Assembly: GCA_965223415.1 (NCBI GenBank)
Contig: OZ245002.1
Location: 5,408,001-5,472,000 of the forward strand
DNA: 64,000 bases
Origin: Myxococcota bacterium
GTDB lineage: Bacteria; Myxococcota_A; UBA9160; UBA6930
Direction of reading: 5' to 3'
Shown: positions 1 through 9,010 of the stretch, piece after piece
Layout of the letters: each line of letters begins with the position of its first letter
Position numbering within the stretch: the stretch's first letter is position 1
Notes under the pieces: model-generated
Databases searched by the model: none
What the model was told of the DNA's origin: nothing
The model's input: only the letters and a program-made list of their open reading frames with translations
Program-made: the position numbers and the translations under genes

Positions 1-16
1 AAGGGAGTGACTGAGG

Positions 17-1039
17 ATGACCACCGCATTCGTCACCGGTGCAACCGGGTTCATCGGCGGCCGGCTCGTCCGCGAGCTGGCCGCAAGGGAGGCGTTCGAT
101 CGCATCCACTGCCTGGTGCGCAACCCGGCGAAGAGCCAGCTGCCCGAACCGGATCGGATCCGCGTCTTCCATGGCGACGTCACCGATTCGGCTTCGCTGC
201 GCCCGGCGATGGAGGGCTGCGACGCAGCTTTCCATCTGGCGGCCTGGTACGAGCTCGGCATCCCTCGCTCCGAGATTCCGCGCATGGAGGCAATCAACAT
301 CGAGGGCACGCGAAACGTGCTCACGCTGGCGCGCGAGCTGGGGATTCCCCGAACCGTCTACGTCAGCACGGCCTACGCAATCGGCCAGACCGGAGACCAG
401 CTCGCGGACGAGAGCTTCGAGCACTGCGGCCGCTTCACGTGCGAGTACGAGCGCACGAAACTCGAAGCCCACCGCGTCGCGCAACGCCTCGCCCGAGAGG
501 GACTGCCGCTCGTCACGGTGTTGCCGGGGGCGGTCTACGGTGAGGGGGATCCGAGCCTGATCGGCGACACCTTCGCCAAGCTCGCGGCGGGCACGTTTCC
601 GGCGCTCATCGCGGGAGCAGAGCGATCGACCCTCACCTACGTCCACGTCGACGACGTCGTGCAGGGGATCCTCCTCGCCCTCGAGAAGGGCCGGCCTGGT
701 GAGTCGTACATCCTCGCGGGCGAGGTGATGAGCTTCGGCGACATGATTCGCTGCGTCACGGAAATCGCTGGATCGAAGCCTCCCCGGCTCACGATCCCGC
801 TTGGGATCGCCAGGGCAATGGCCTTCGTCGAAGAACGCGTGTCCCGCCTGCGCGGCCGGAGGCCTCTGATCTCCCGTGAGTCCTTGAGCTCACTGCTCTG
901 CAGCTTCGCGGTGTCTTCCGAGAAGGCATGCAAGGAGCTGGGATACAGTGCGCGCCCCAATCGAGAAGGATTCGCCCAAACTCTCCGCTGGATCCAGGAG
1001 ACAGCGGACTCCGCGCGCCACCCCGGACCCCCGACATGA
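17..1039 (+). CDS. NAD-dependent epimerase/dehydratase (extended SDR)
   Basis: TGATGFIG Rossmann motif, YERTK (YxxxK), YVHVDDV; GGAG upstream. Confidence 0.9.
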   Translation: MTTAFVTGATGFIGGRLVRELAAREAFDRIHCLVRNPAKSQLPEPDRIRVFHGDVTDSASLRPAMEGCDAAFHLAAWYELGIPRSEIPRMEAINIEGTRNVLTLARELGIPRTVYVSTAYAIGQTGDQLADESFEHCGRFTCEYERTKLEAHRVAQRLAREGLPLVTVLPGAVYGEGDPSLIGDTFAKLAAGTFPALIAGAERSTLTYVHVDDVVQGILLALEKGRPGESYILAGEVMSFGDMIRCVTEIAGSKPPRLTIPLGIARAMAFVEERVSRLRGRRPLISRESLSSLLCSFAVSSEKACKELGYSARPNREGFAQTLRWIQETADSARHPGPPT

Positions 1040-1146
1040 CCAGCCCTACCCCTCCCGACGGGTTCCTGGAACCGGCGCGCGAGACGCCGGTGCGTCATGA
1101 GGTGCCGAGGGAGGTCGAGGTCAGGATCTACGCCCAGCCCGTGTAG
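1036..1146 (+). pseudogene. Chimeric remnant: oxidoreductase-like N-terminus joined to the first codons of the RelE/HigB toxin
   Basis: 1101-1135 matches 11717-11751 at 33/35 nt; EPARETPVRHEV resembles FAD-oxidoreductase N-termini (weaker). Confidence 0.55.
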
Positions 1147-1372
1147 GGCTCGCCGCCGTCGTCACGACTCCGAGTCGAACCCGGCCAATCCGCGCCCGGA
1201 TCCTGGGCCCGCACCTGCCGATTGGGTCCTGCCTCCCATCTCGATTTCGGTGGACGGGGAGGTCGCTTGTAGCCCGCGCGGTCCCCGGCGCGAGAAGCGC
1301 CGGAAACGCGGCACTTGCCCGCAGAGCGTGCGGGTCACGTGAAACCCGAAAAGCTGAATGAAATCAGTTAGA

Positions 1373-1472
1373 TGTCTGGGCGGACGGGACTCGAACCCGC
1401 GGAGCCGGGCGATAAGACCCCGGAATCGTGAGGGTTTTTCTCGGCGACCCCGTGCTCAAGGTGTGCTCAAGG
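1373..1472 (-). repeat. Variant tRNA-Asp att-like module
   Basis: 1378-1400 identical to 23 nt of tRNA-Asp; GTGCTCAAGG at 1452 and 1463. Confidence 0.8.
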
Positions 1473-1516
1473 CGAGCAACCAACAGGCATCGGCGCGTCC
1501 GAGCCTTGGAGCCTCC

Positions 1517-1806
1517 CTAAGCCGCCGCCTCAAGGCTCTCGCGAATGATCCGTGGGTGACGTGCGGCGATCCGGAGCAGCGCGATCGCAGGACCCTCCGG
1601 CTGCCTCCGGCCCTGCTCCCAGTTGCGAAGCGTGTGGACGCTGATTCCCATCGCCTTCGCGAAGTCCGTCTGTGTCAGCCCCACGAAGGTGCGGAGCGCA
1701 GCGATGTCCTGTCCAGACTCGAAGCGGCCCTGTATCAGCCGCCTCCGAAACGGGCGGGAATCGCCCGCTTCAGCTGCTCTTCGGTGAGTTCGGGGATATC
1801 TGTCAT
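1517..1806 (-). pseudogene. XRE-HTH antitoxin, frameshifted
   Basis: MTDIPELTEEQLK start in one frame; LTQTDFAKAMGISVHTLRNWEQGRRQPEG HTH in another. Confidence 0.75.
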
Positions 1807-2092
1807 CGGCTCTGATCCATGTACGAGCGGTAAAGCGACCCCTCGCATGCGTTGGCCCAACGGGCGCCAATGATTCGAATGATGTCTTGTCGCGCTCGGT
1901 ATAGACGATGACCACGATTCGCCGCTCAATGGGACCGATCGCGATGAAGCGATCCTCGGAGTCGGAGTGTTCGCTGTGGAAGATCTCCAAGTAGTCGACA
2001 TCGGATTCGAAGAGCCATCGAGCCTCCCCGAACGAGATGCCGTGCTTCTCCTGGCTGAGCAGGTCCTTCGCATCGTCCCACTCGAAACGCAC
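1803..2092 (-). pseudogene. BrnT-family toxin, frameshifted
   Basis: MRFEWDDAK..KHGISF..EDRFIAIG; C-terminal IRIIGAR lies in a different frame after ~1890. Confidence 0.8.
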
Positions 2093-2102
2093 AGGGAAGA
2101 AG

Positions 2103-2135
2103 GTAAGTCATTGACTGACTAGGTCAGTGACTTAC
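2103..2135. promoter_or_regulatory. Probable TA operator
   Basis: GTAAGTCATTGAC-N7-GTCAGTGACTTAC inverted repeat (1 mismatch) just upstream of the BrnT start. Confidence 0.6.
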
Positions 2136-2229
2136 GTCATTGAGCCATGGCCTCGGTGGACGTCTGAAAACCGGCCAAAGGTGGACGTCTCAAAGGCGGC
2201 CAAAGGGCCGCGCCCAGGACAGAGGGGTT

Positions 2230-2991
2230 CTACCGCGCCGGGGCCTCCTTCGGCAAGGCGGTGGTCTTCTTGGTGCGCCAGCTGCGGGGTCCGCACTTGA
2301 GCAGGTGGCCGTGGTGGAGGAGGCGGTCGAGCATGGCGGTGACGGCTGCCGTGTCGCCGAGGAGCCGGCCCCAGTCGTCGACGGGTCGGTTCGAGGTGAC
2401 GAGGGTGCTGGTGCGCTCGTAGCGGCGCATGATCAGCTCGAGGAGGTCCTCGGCGGCCGTGGTGGGGAGCTTGCGCATGCCGAGGTCGTCGAGGATGAGC
2501 AGCGGCACTCTCGCGATCTCGGCCAGGTACTCCTTGCGGGTGCCGTCGAGGGTCGCATCAGCGAGTTCCTCGAGGAGGACGTGGACCTCGCGGTAGGCGA
2601 CGCGATGGCCCTGGTGGATGACGGCGAGGCCGATCGCCTGGGCGAGATGGCTCTTGCCCGTGCCCGGCGGGCCGAGGAAGACAGCGTCCTCGGCTTGCTC
2701 GAGGAAGCGGCCCGTGGCGAGCTCGAAGACCAGGGCGCGATCGATCTTCGTATTGAAGCGGAAGTCGAAGCCGTTGAGGGTCCGGTTGGCGTCGCGGAAG
2801 CGGGCCTGCTTGATGCGCCGGGCCAGCAGTCGGTCCTGCCGGCGCTCGAGCTCGTCCTGGACGAGCGCCGAGAGCAGGTCGATGGCCGCCCACTCGCCCT
2901 TCTGGGCTTCGAGGAGCCGCATCTCCAGATGCTCGGCCATGCCCGAGAGCCGGAGCTTGCGCAGTGCGGGATCGAGTTCAGTCAGATTCAC
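2230..2991 (-). CDS. istB: IS21 helper ATPase
   Basis: GPPGTGKS, LLILDDLG, TSNR, LDRLLHH. Confidence 0.95.
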   Translation of the reverse strand: MNLTELDPALRKLRLSGMAEHLEMRLLEAQKGEWAAIDLLSALVQDELERRQDRLLARRIKQARFRDANRTLNGFDFRFNTKIDRALVFELATGRFLEQAEDAVFLGPPGTGKSHLAQAIGLAVIHQGHRVAYREVHVLLEELADATLDGTRKEYLAEIARVPLLILDDLGMRKLPTTAAEDLLELIMRRYERTSTLVTSNRPVDDWGRLLGDTAAVTAMLDRLLHHGHLLKCGPRSWRTKKTTALPKEAPAR

Positions 2992-4567
2992 GAGAGGTCT
3001 CCTCGGTGCGGCGATCGATGAGATCGCGGTAGTGGGTGAGCTGGCGGATGAGCGGGTCCACCTGCTTGAGCGAGAGCGGCAGCTCGGGCTGACGCTCCAG
3101 GTAGCGCTTGACGAACGCGTAGGTGGGCAGCTCGAGGGCCAGGGCGGTGGCGCAGGCATCGTCGACGCGAGGGATGCCGTGGCGCTTGCACAGGGAGAGC
3201 ACGCCCAGGATGCGACGCACCCCGGGCTCGCCGTCCAGGCGATGGATCGCCTCACACACCTCGCCCACGTGGACGCCGGCGCGCCGGGCCCGCGCGAGCA
3301 GCTGGAGGGTCGTGGCCGGCGTCCGCTTCGGGCGGTCCTCCTCCCGCATCCTGCGGCGCCCCCGCCTCTGGCGGACGTGCTCGCGCAGCAGCTCCCCCGT
3401 CTGCAGATCGAGCATCCGCACCCGCAGCCCGTCCCATTGGACGGCCACCCGCCGCCCCAGCCAGCCCGGCGGCGCGTGGTAGTAGGCCCCCTCCACCTCG
3501 ATGGCCCCGTCGAGGTGCACCGTGCGCTCGCCGTGCTGGTAGTAGCGGAAGGGCTCGATGGGAAGCCCGAGCAGGTGCGGCTTCTCCTCTTCGTACATCG
3601 CCGCCACCTGGCGCTTGGTCGTGCCGTGGATGCGGGTGTCGGCCCATCGGCGCTCCCAGCGGTCGAGGTAGGCCTGGGCCTGCTCGAGCGACTCGAAGCG
3701 CATCCCGCGGACCTTCTGCTGCGCGTGGCGCACCCCGGACTCGACCTTCCCCTTGCGATCGGGGTGGCGCACCCGGCACGGAAGCGCCGTCACGCCGTAG
3801 TGGGCGAGCACATCGCGGTAGAGGGGGTTGAGCGCGGGGTCGTAGACGTCGGGCTTGAGAACGCCCTCCTTGAGGTTGTCGAGGACGACGGTGCGCGGTG
3901 CACCGCCCAGCCGGCGGAAGGCCTTCTCGTGCAGCTCCGACCAGACCTGGCTGCTCGACTTCCACACGAGCAGCCGAACGCACTTGCGGCTGTAGCCCAG
4001 GGTGAAGACGAACAGCCTCGTGCGCCGGTACTTCCCCGACCCGGGATGCCGCACCATCGGCCCGTCGCCGTAGTCGACCTGGCCCTCTTCTCCCGGTGCC
4101 GTCTCGATCACCGGGTGCGCCTCGCGCGGCGCCGCGGCTCGCTGCTTCGCCACGAAGCGCTTCACACTCGCATAGCTGAAGGCGAAGCCGTGGTCATCGA
4201 CTAGGTCCTGCCAGATCGCCATCGCCGTCCGGCCCTGGCGCACGCCCGCCTCGATCCACTCGCGGTAGGGCTCGCAGGCGCTGGCCTGGGGGCTCCGGCC
4301 CGGCATCGGCGGCCAGGCCGGATCGGTGGACGCCTCTTTGGCCGCTTTTGCCGGGGCCTTCGAGTCGGTGGACGCCTCTATGGCCGGGTTTGGGGCCCCG
4401 TGCCCCCAGCGACCAGGAGATCGCACCGCGATCCCCGCGGCCCGGAGGTAACGGCTCGCCGTCTCCCGGCGCACGCCCGTCGCCTCCTCGATCCGCCGAA
4501 GCGACCAGCCGAGGCGGCCAAGTGCCAGAATCTGCTCGCGTTTCTCGTTGCCCAGAAGGTTCGCCAT
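2978..4567 (-). CDS. istA: IS21 DDE transposase
   Basis: PGEEGQVDYG, VVLDNLK, KGKVESGV. Confidence 0.95.
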   Translation of the reverse strand: MANLLGNEKREQILALGRLGWSLRRIEEATGVRRETASRYLRAAGIAVRSPGRWGHGAPNPAIEASTDSKAPAKAAKEASTDPAWPPMPGRSPQASACEPYREWIEAGVRQGRTAMAIWQDLVDDHGFAFSYASVKRFVAKQRAAAPREAHPVIETAPGEEGQVDYGDGPMVRHPGSGKYRRTRLFVFTLGYSRKCVRLLVWKSSSQVWSELHEKAFRRLGGAPRTVVLDNLKEGVLKPDVYDPALNPLYRDVLAHYGVTALPCRVRHPDRKGKVESGVRHAQQKVRGMRFESLEQAQAYLDRWERRWADTRIHGTTKRQVAAMYEEEKPHLLGLPIEPFRYYQHGERTVHLDGAIEVEGAYYHAPPGWLGRRVAVQWDGLRVRMLDLQTGELLREHVRQRRGRRRMREEDRPKRTPATTLQLLARARRAGVHVGEVCEAIHRLDGEPGVRRILGVLSLCKRHGIPRVDDACATALALELPTYAFVKRYLERQPELPLSLKQVDPLIRQLTHYRDLIDRRTEETSRESD

Positions 4568-4774
4568 GGCGGCGGGGGATCGCAGGTCCCTCGCCGTCGT
4601 CAACGTCCTGGGCGTCAGCCCCTATGGCCGCTTTTCAGACGTCCTTCTATGGCCGGTTTTGGGTGTCCACCGAGGGCCATGGCGCAAGGCGCGCGCCCTG
4701 GACCGGGCGGTGCGTATCCCACTCGTATCCCGACTCCCAGGCGGTCGGGAAACCCTAGAGAATCCGGAACCTTG

Positions 4775-4871
4775 TGGCGGGGCGGACGGGACTCGAACCT
4801 ACAACCTCCGGCTGTAACTCCGCGGAAACCCGGGGGTTCGTGAGGCGGAGGCTTGTATCCCGTTGTATCCC
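4775..4871 (-). repeat. tRNA-Asp att-like module (97 bp)
   Basis: 4775-4799 identical to tRNA-Asp 3' 25 nt; TTGTATCCC at 4853 and 4863; CGTATCCC x2 also on the left (4713-4731). Confidence 0.92.
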
Positions 4872-4930
4872 ACCAGGGCGAGGGCGCTCCGGCTGGCTGG
4901 TGACCTCGCGCCTTGTGTAGCCTCTCACAC

Positions 4931-5131
4931 ATGGCGACCAACCTCGATCTCGACCCCAACCTCGTCGAGCGCGCCCTGGCCCTGAGCGGGGCCCCTACCA
5001 AGAAGGCGGCTGTGACGGCAGCCCTCCAGGAGTTCATCGCGCGGCGTGAGCAGCGCGGGCTCCTCGAGCTCTTTGGCAAGCTCGAGTGGGATCCTGGCTA
5101 CGACTACAAGCGTGAGCGCTCCCGGGATTGA
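4931..5131 (+). CDS. vapB: VapB-type antitoxin
   Basis: MATNLDLDPNLVERA..TKKAAVTAALQEF; overlaps the PIN gene. Confidence 0.85.
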   Translation: MATNLDLDPNLVERALALSGAPTKKAAVTAALQEFIARREQRGLLELFGKLEWDPGYDYKRERSRD

Positions 5132-5532
5132 GCCTGTTCGTCGACACGAGCGTCTGGTCGCTCGCACTGCGCCGCGACCGTCCACCCGACGTGCCAGAGG
5201 TCGGCGCGCTCGAGCGGGCGCTCGCGGAGGGCGAGTTGATCACTACCACCGGCCTCGTCTACCAGGAGCTCCTCCAGGGGTTCCATGGCCCGCGCGACCA
5301 GGAGGCGATCGTGGCGCACTTCGGCGCCCTGCCCTTCCTGACGCCCGATCGCCACGATCACTTCGAGGCCGCGCAGTTGCGCAACCGGGCCCGCCGTCGG
5401 GGAGTCCAGGTCGGCACGATCGACGCGATCCTCGCCCAGCTCTGCATCCGCTACGAGCTACGGCTGCTCACCACCGACGCGGACTTCGCGCGAATCGCCG
5501 AGCAAGAGCCGCTGGAGCGCTGGATGCCGTAG
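5128..5532 (+). CDS. vapC: VapC PIN-domain toxin
   Basis: FVDTSVW, ELLQG, TIDAILA, LLTTDADF. Confidence 0.9.
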   Translation: MSLFVDTSVWSLALRRDRPPDVPEVGALERALAEGELITTTGLVYQELLQGFHGPRDQEAIVAHFGALPFLTPDRHDHFEAAQLRNRARRRGVQVGTIDAILAQLCIRYELRLLTTDADFARIAEQEPLERWMP

Positions 5533-5612
5533 CAGGCCAGCCGGGGATTCGAACCCCCTGCGCCAGCGACATGAGGGGACGTCGCACAGGCCACATCGGC
5601 CCGGCCCCCGCA

Positions 5613-6233
5613 TCAGGCTTCGGCGCGGCTCCCGGACCAGGAGAGCACCGTCTCGAGGAGAGCGACGGCAAGCGCCCGCTCCTGCTCGACGCCGCCGAGG
5701 AGTTCCGACCCCATCTCCCCGAGGTTCACGCGGACCGCATGGAAGACGACGACGTGGAGCAGCGCTTGCCGCAGCGGGGCCTCTGCGGGCATGCGCGAAC
5801 CCCTCGCACTGCGCACCGCGGCCTCGATCCGCTCCACGAGGGGCAGCATCGTGTCGCGAACCGCGGCCATCCCGTGCCTTCCGGGGCCGAGGACCTCGGC
5901 GTTGAGCACGCCGAGGAGATCGCGGTGCTCCACCTCGAAGGCGGAGATCGCATCCAGGACGTCGGCCAGCAGCTTGCGGGGTGACTCGTCGGACGCGAGC
6001 ACTCGCACGAGCGGCTCTTCGATGCGGCGATAGGCACGACGCATCACCTCGTCGAAGAGGACTTCCTTCGATCCGAAGTGGTAGAGGAGCGACGGGGCTC
6101 GCATGCCGGCCGCTTCGGCCAGCTGCTGCAGGGAGGTCGGGTGGAAGCCGCCCTTGGCGAAGGCGTGCTCCGCTGCCGAGAGGATCCGCTCTCGCGTCGC
6201 GGCTCGATCTAGCGAGCCTCTGGGCCGTCCCAC
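5613..6233 (-). CDS. TetR/AcrR regulator
   Basis: TRERILSAA..SLQQLAEAAGMRAPSLLYHFGSKE; GTG start inferred. Confidence 0.88.
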   Translation of the reverse strand: MGRPRGSLDRAATRERILSAAEHAFAKGGFHPTSLQQLAEAAGMRAPSLLYHFGSKEVLFDEVMRRAYRRIEEPLVRVLASDESPRKLLADVLDAISAFEVEHRDLLGVLNAEVLGPGRHGMAAVRDTMLPLVERIEAAVRSARGSRMPAEAPLRQALLHVVVFHAVRVNLGEMGSELLGGVEQERALAVALLETVLSWSGSRAEA

Positions 6234-6257
6234 GAGACCTCCGGCGTGTTGCAGAAA

Positions 6258-6274
6258 ATCTAATGGTATTAGAT
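6258..6274. promoter_or_regulatory. Probable TetR operator
   Basis: ATCTAAT-GGT-ATTAGAT palindrome in the divergent intergenic region. Confidence 0.6.
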
Positions 6275-6314
6275 AGTCCTGCTGCTGCCCACCCGGCGCT
6301 CCAGGGAGGACTCC

Positions 6315-6866
6315 ATGACCGAGCAGCCCGAGAACACGACCCGCGAGGCCCAGGCCCCTGTCCAAGCCGAGGACCTCCGCGAGCTCTCCCCGGAAGAGCT
6401 CATGGACCTCTTCCACAAGGGCCGTGCCCCAACCTCCCTGGCCGCGATCGAGGGCGACCCACGAGGCGTCGGCATCGGGCTGCACTTCTGGTCGCGCGGC
6501 TGGATCGATCGCTGGCTCCGAAAGCGGACGACGACCGAGCGCTTCCTGTGGCACGGGAAGAGCTTCCGGATGAAGACCGAGACCGAGGGCTGGGGCTTCA
6601 ACCGCACCGGCCGCGGCCCGATCCTCACCGTCTTCCCCTTCAAGACCAGCCTCGGGACCTCCGTGATCGACGGCGAGCCCTGCGTGGTCATCGACTACGA
6701 CGTGCCGCGGAATCCGTGGTGGGAGCGGCTCACCTGGGACGAGCTGCGCGAGGTGTCACCGGGGGTGTTCCTGGGCGTGACGACGCTCCGCCTCTTCGGA
6801 CGTCACCGGGTCTCCCTCTGGTTCGCCGTGGACACGACGGCGCCCCAGGATTGGGCGGGTGCCTGA
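6315..6866 (+). CDS. Hypothetical protein
   Basis: GGAGG RBS, plausible composition, divergent from TetR. Confidence 0.7.
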   Translation: MTEQPENTTREAQAPVQAEDLRELSPEELMDLFHKGRAPTSLAAIEGDPRGVGIGLHFWSRGWIDRWLRKRTTTERFLWHGKSFRMKTETEGWGFNRTGRGPILTVFPFKTSLGTSVIDGEPCVVIDYDVPRNPWWERLTWDELREVSPGVFLGVTTLRLFGRHRVSLWFAVDTTAPQDWAGA

Positions 6867-6991
6867 TCGGCCCTTCTGCGAATCCGCTCGGCCCGTCTCC
6901 CGGCTGTCGGAATGATGTTAGGCGCCGACTCGTCGCGGAACGCGAGGCTCTGGCGTGCCAACGGCCACGCCCATCCGCGCGACTCCTTCGC

Positions 6992-7897
6992 GTGAGTGTG
7001 TTCACGGACAAGGTCGCGATCATTACCGGCGGCGCTTCCGGCATCGGCCGGGCACTCGGGGAGGCGCTGGCCCGGGCGGGGGCGCGGGTGGTGCTCGCCG
7101 ACCGCGACGCGGAGCGGCTCTTCCGAGCAGGCGAAGGCCTCGGCTCCGCCGGTGCGAGGGCCCGGACGGCCATCCTCGATGTCCGGGACTCCCGCGCGGT
7201 ACACGAGCTCGTCGAGAAGACGGCGCAGGAGCACGGCCGGCTGGACTACCTCTTCAACAACGCCGGGATCGGCGTCTTCGGCGAGGCCCGCGACGTCTCA
7301 CTCGAGGACTGGCGCAACGTCGTCGACGTCGATCTCTACGGCGTCGTGCACGGTGTCACCGCCGCGTACCCGCTCATGGTGGAGCAGGGCTCCGGCCACA
7401 TCGTCAACACGGCTTCGCTCGCCGGATTGATTCCCGGGGTCGGCGGGGCCTCCTATTCTGCAGCCAAGTACGGCGTGGTCGGCCTCTCACACGCCCTGCG
7501 CTTGGAGGCGGAGGCTCTGGGCGTCAAGGTGAGCGTGGCGTGCCCCGGCTTCGTCGAGACGGCCTTCCAGACCAGCAAGGTGGTGGGGCTGAACCGCGAG
7601 GCGTTCCTCGCCGGAGCACCGAAGCTCATGCCCGCGGACCGGTGTGCGCGGGACATCCTGCGCGGAGTCGAGCGCAACCAGGAGACCATCGTCGTCAGCA
7701 CCCTCGCCAAGGTCGCCTGGCGCTCGTACCGGTACGCGCCCGGCCTGGTGAGGTGGACCATGCGAAGAACCCTCAGAGAGATGCGCGAACTGCGCACCGA
7801 GCCATCCAGACGTCAGGGGTCCGAGATCAGGCGCTCGCCGCACGACCAAGGGCAGCCAAAGCGCCGAACCAAGCACCGCCAGAACGAGAATAGATGA
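6992..7897 (+). CDS. Short-chain dehydrogenase/reductase; C-terminus reads into the repeat spacer
   Basis: TGGASGIG, NNAG, YSAAK. Confidence 0.88.
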   Translation: MSVFTDKVAIITGGASGIGRALGEALARAGARVVLADRDAERLFRAGEGLGSAGARARTAILDVRDSRAVHELVEKTAQEHGRLDYLFNNAGIGVFGEARDVSLEDWRNVVDVDLYGVVHGVTAAYPLMVEQGSGHIVNTASLAGLIPGVGGASYSAAKYGVVGLSHALRLEAEALGVKVSVACPGFVETAFQTSKVVGLNREAFLAGAPKLMPADRCARDILRGVERNQETIVVSTLAKVAWRSYRYAPGLVRWTMRRTLREMRELRTEPSRRQGSEIRRSPHDQGQPKRRTKHRQNENR

Positions 7898-7914
7898 ACG
7901 ATTCCGGGTACTTA
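7803..7914. repeat. Truncated copy of the conserved Arg-Asp spacer
   Basis: Aligns with 48589-48701 (GAACCAAGCACCGCCAGAACG shared). Confidence 0.8.
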
Positions 7915-8011
7915 TGGCGGGGCGGACGGGACTCGAACCTACAACCTTCGGCTGTAACTCCTCGGAAACGAAGGGGTTCTTGAGGCTGAAGCCTGTATCC
8001 CGTTGTATCCC
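7915..8011 (-). repeat. tRNA-Asp att-like module (97 bp)
   Basis: 25-nt tRNA 3' identity plus TGTATCCC x2. Confidence 0.92.
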
Positions 8012-8036
8012 GAACCCCGACGGGCCCTGCTTCTGA

Positions 8037-8050
8037 TAGCCAATTGGCTA
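8037..8050. promoter_or_regulatory. Probable operator of the HTH/NTase pair
   Basis: Perfect palindrome TAGCCAATTGGCTA. Confidence 0.6.
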
Positions 8051-8061
8051 CCATTCGGACC

Positions 8062-8388
8062 ATGTCGGTCGCAAGCATCGTCCGGGAGGCCCGCCGCCGC
8101 GCGGGCCTGACCCAGGCCTCATTGGCCCAGAAGGCGGGCGTTCCGAAGTCCACCGTAGGCCGGATCGAGTCCGGGGCTCGAACGCCTTCGGTCGAGCTCG
8201 TGGAGCGGCTCGTCCGAGCGGCCGGGCTCGAGGTCACCATCGCCTTGTCCGAGCCCGATCCCGGAACCGACTCCTTGTTCGAGCGCACGCTACGCCGCAC
8301 ACCTGCAGAGCGACTCGCCGATGCGACTCGAGCGGCGCGCTTCGTCCTGCGCGGCAGGCGCGAGATCGCGGCCGCGGCCGATGGCTAG
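8062..8388 (+). CDS. XRE-family HTH protein (putative antitoxin)
   Basis: GLTQASLAQKAGVPKSTVGRIESG. Confidence 0.85.
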   Translation: MSVASIVREARRRAGLTQASLAQKAGVPKSTVGRIESGARTPSVELVERLVRAAGLEVTIALSEPDPGTDSLFERTLRRTPAERLADATRAARFVLRGRREIAAAADG

Positions 8389-8896
8389 TCGCGACTTCGA
8401 CCCGGAGAAGATGCTCTCCGTGCTGGCGGAGGCAGGCGTGGAGTTCGTCCTCATCGGCGGTATGGCGGCAATCCTGCACGGCGACGTCGGGGTCACCGTC
8501 GACCTGGATGTCGTTCCTGACCGCGAAGCGGCGAATCTCGAGCGTCTCGCGCGAGCTCTACAAGAGCTTGGAGCACGCATCCGCACCGAGGGTGAGCCGG
8601 AGGGATTGGCGTTCGATTGCTCGGCCCAGTTCTTCGCCAACCTGTCTCCTGACTCGATCGTGAACATGACCACGCAGGCAGGCGACCTGGACGTCACGTT
8701 CTGCCCGAGCGGAACGCAGGGCTTCCGGGACCTCCGGCGAGACGCCGTTGAAATCGAAGCGGCCGAGCGCCTACACATCCTGGTGGCATCGCTCGCAGAC
8801 ATCATTCGCTCGAAGGAAGCTGCCGGTCGAGAGAAAGACCGCCTCGCCCTGCCCCGCCTTCGTCGACTACTGGATCGCCTCGGCGAGAGCGAGTAG
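8381..8896 (+). CDS. Nucleotidyltransferase-fold protein (TA-like partner)
   Basis: LIGGMAA..HG..TVDLDV; SKEAAGREKD. Confidence 0.8.
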   Translation: MASRDFDPEKMLSVLAEAGVEFVLIGGMAAILHGDVGVTVDLDVVPDREAANLERLARALQELGARIRTEGEPEGLAFDCSAQFFANLSPDSIVNMTTQAGDLDVTFCPSGTQGFRDLRRDAVEIEAAERLHILVASLADIIRSKEAAGREKDRLALPRLRRLLDRLGESE

Positions 8897-8914
8897 CCGC
8901 GGCTGGGGGCCCGC

Positions 8915-9010
8915 CCCCCGACCCCCAGGTTCGAAGCCTGAAGGGACCCGTAGGAAATCCAAATAGTTACGGGATTCCGAGCGGGAATACGCGGGAATGA
9001 GCGGGAATAC
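8915..9010 (-). repeat. tRNA-Arg anticodon-arm fragment plus 3x10-bp repeat
   Basis: CCCCCGACCCCCAGGTTCGAAGCCTG (8915-8940); GCGGGAATAC/GCGGGAATGA/GCGGGAATAC (8981-9010). Confidence 0.85.

Larger units (their letters stand above)
2151..4675 (-). mobile_element. IS21-family element A
   Basis: IRs CCTCGGTGGAC/GTCCACCGAGG; 7-bp duplication GCCATGG at 2144-2150 and 4676-4682; istA+istB. Confidence 0.9.
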
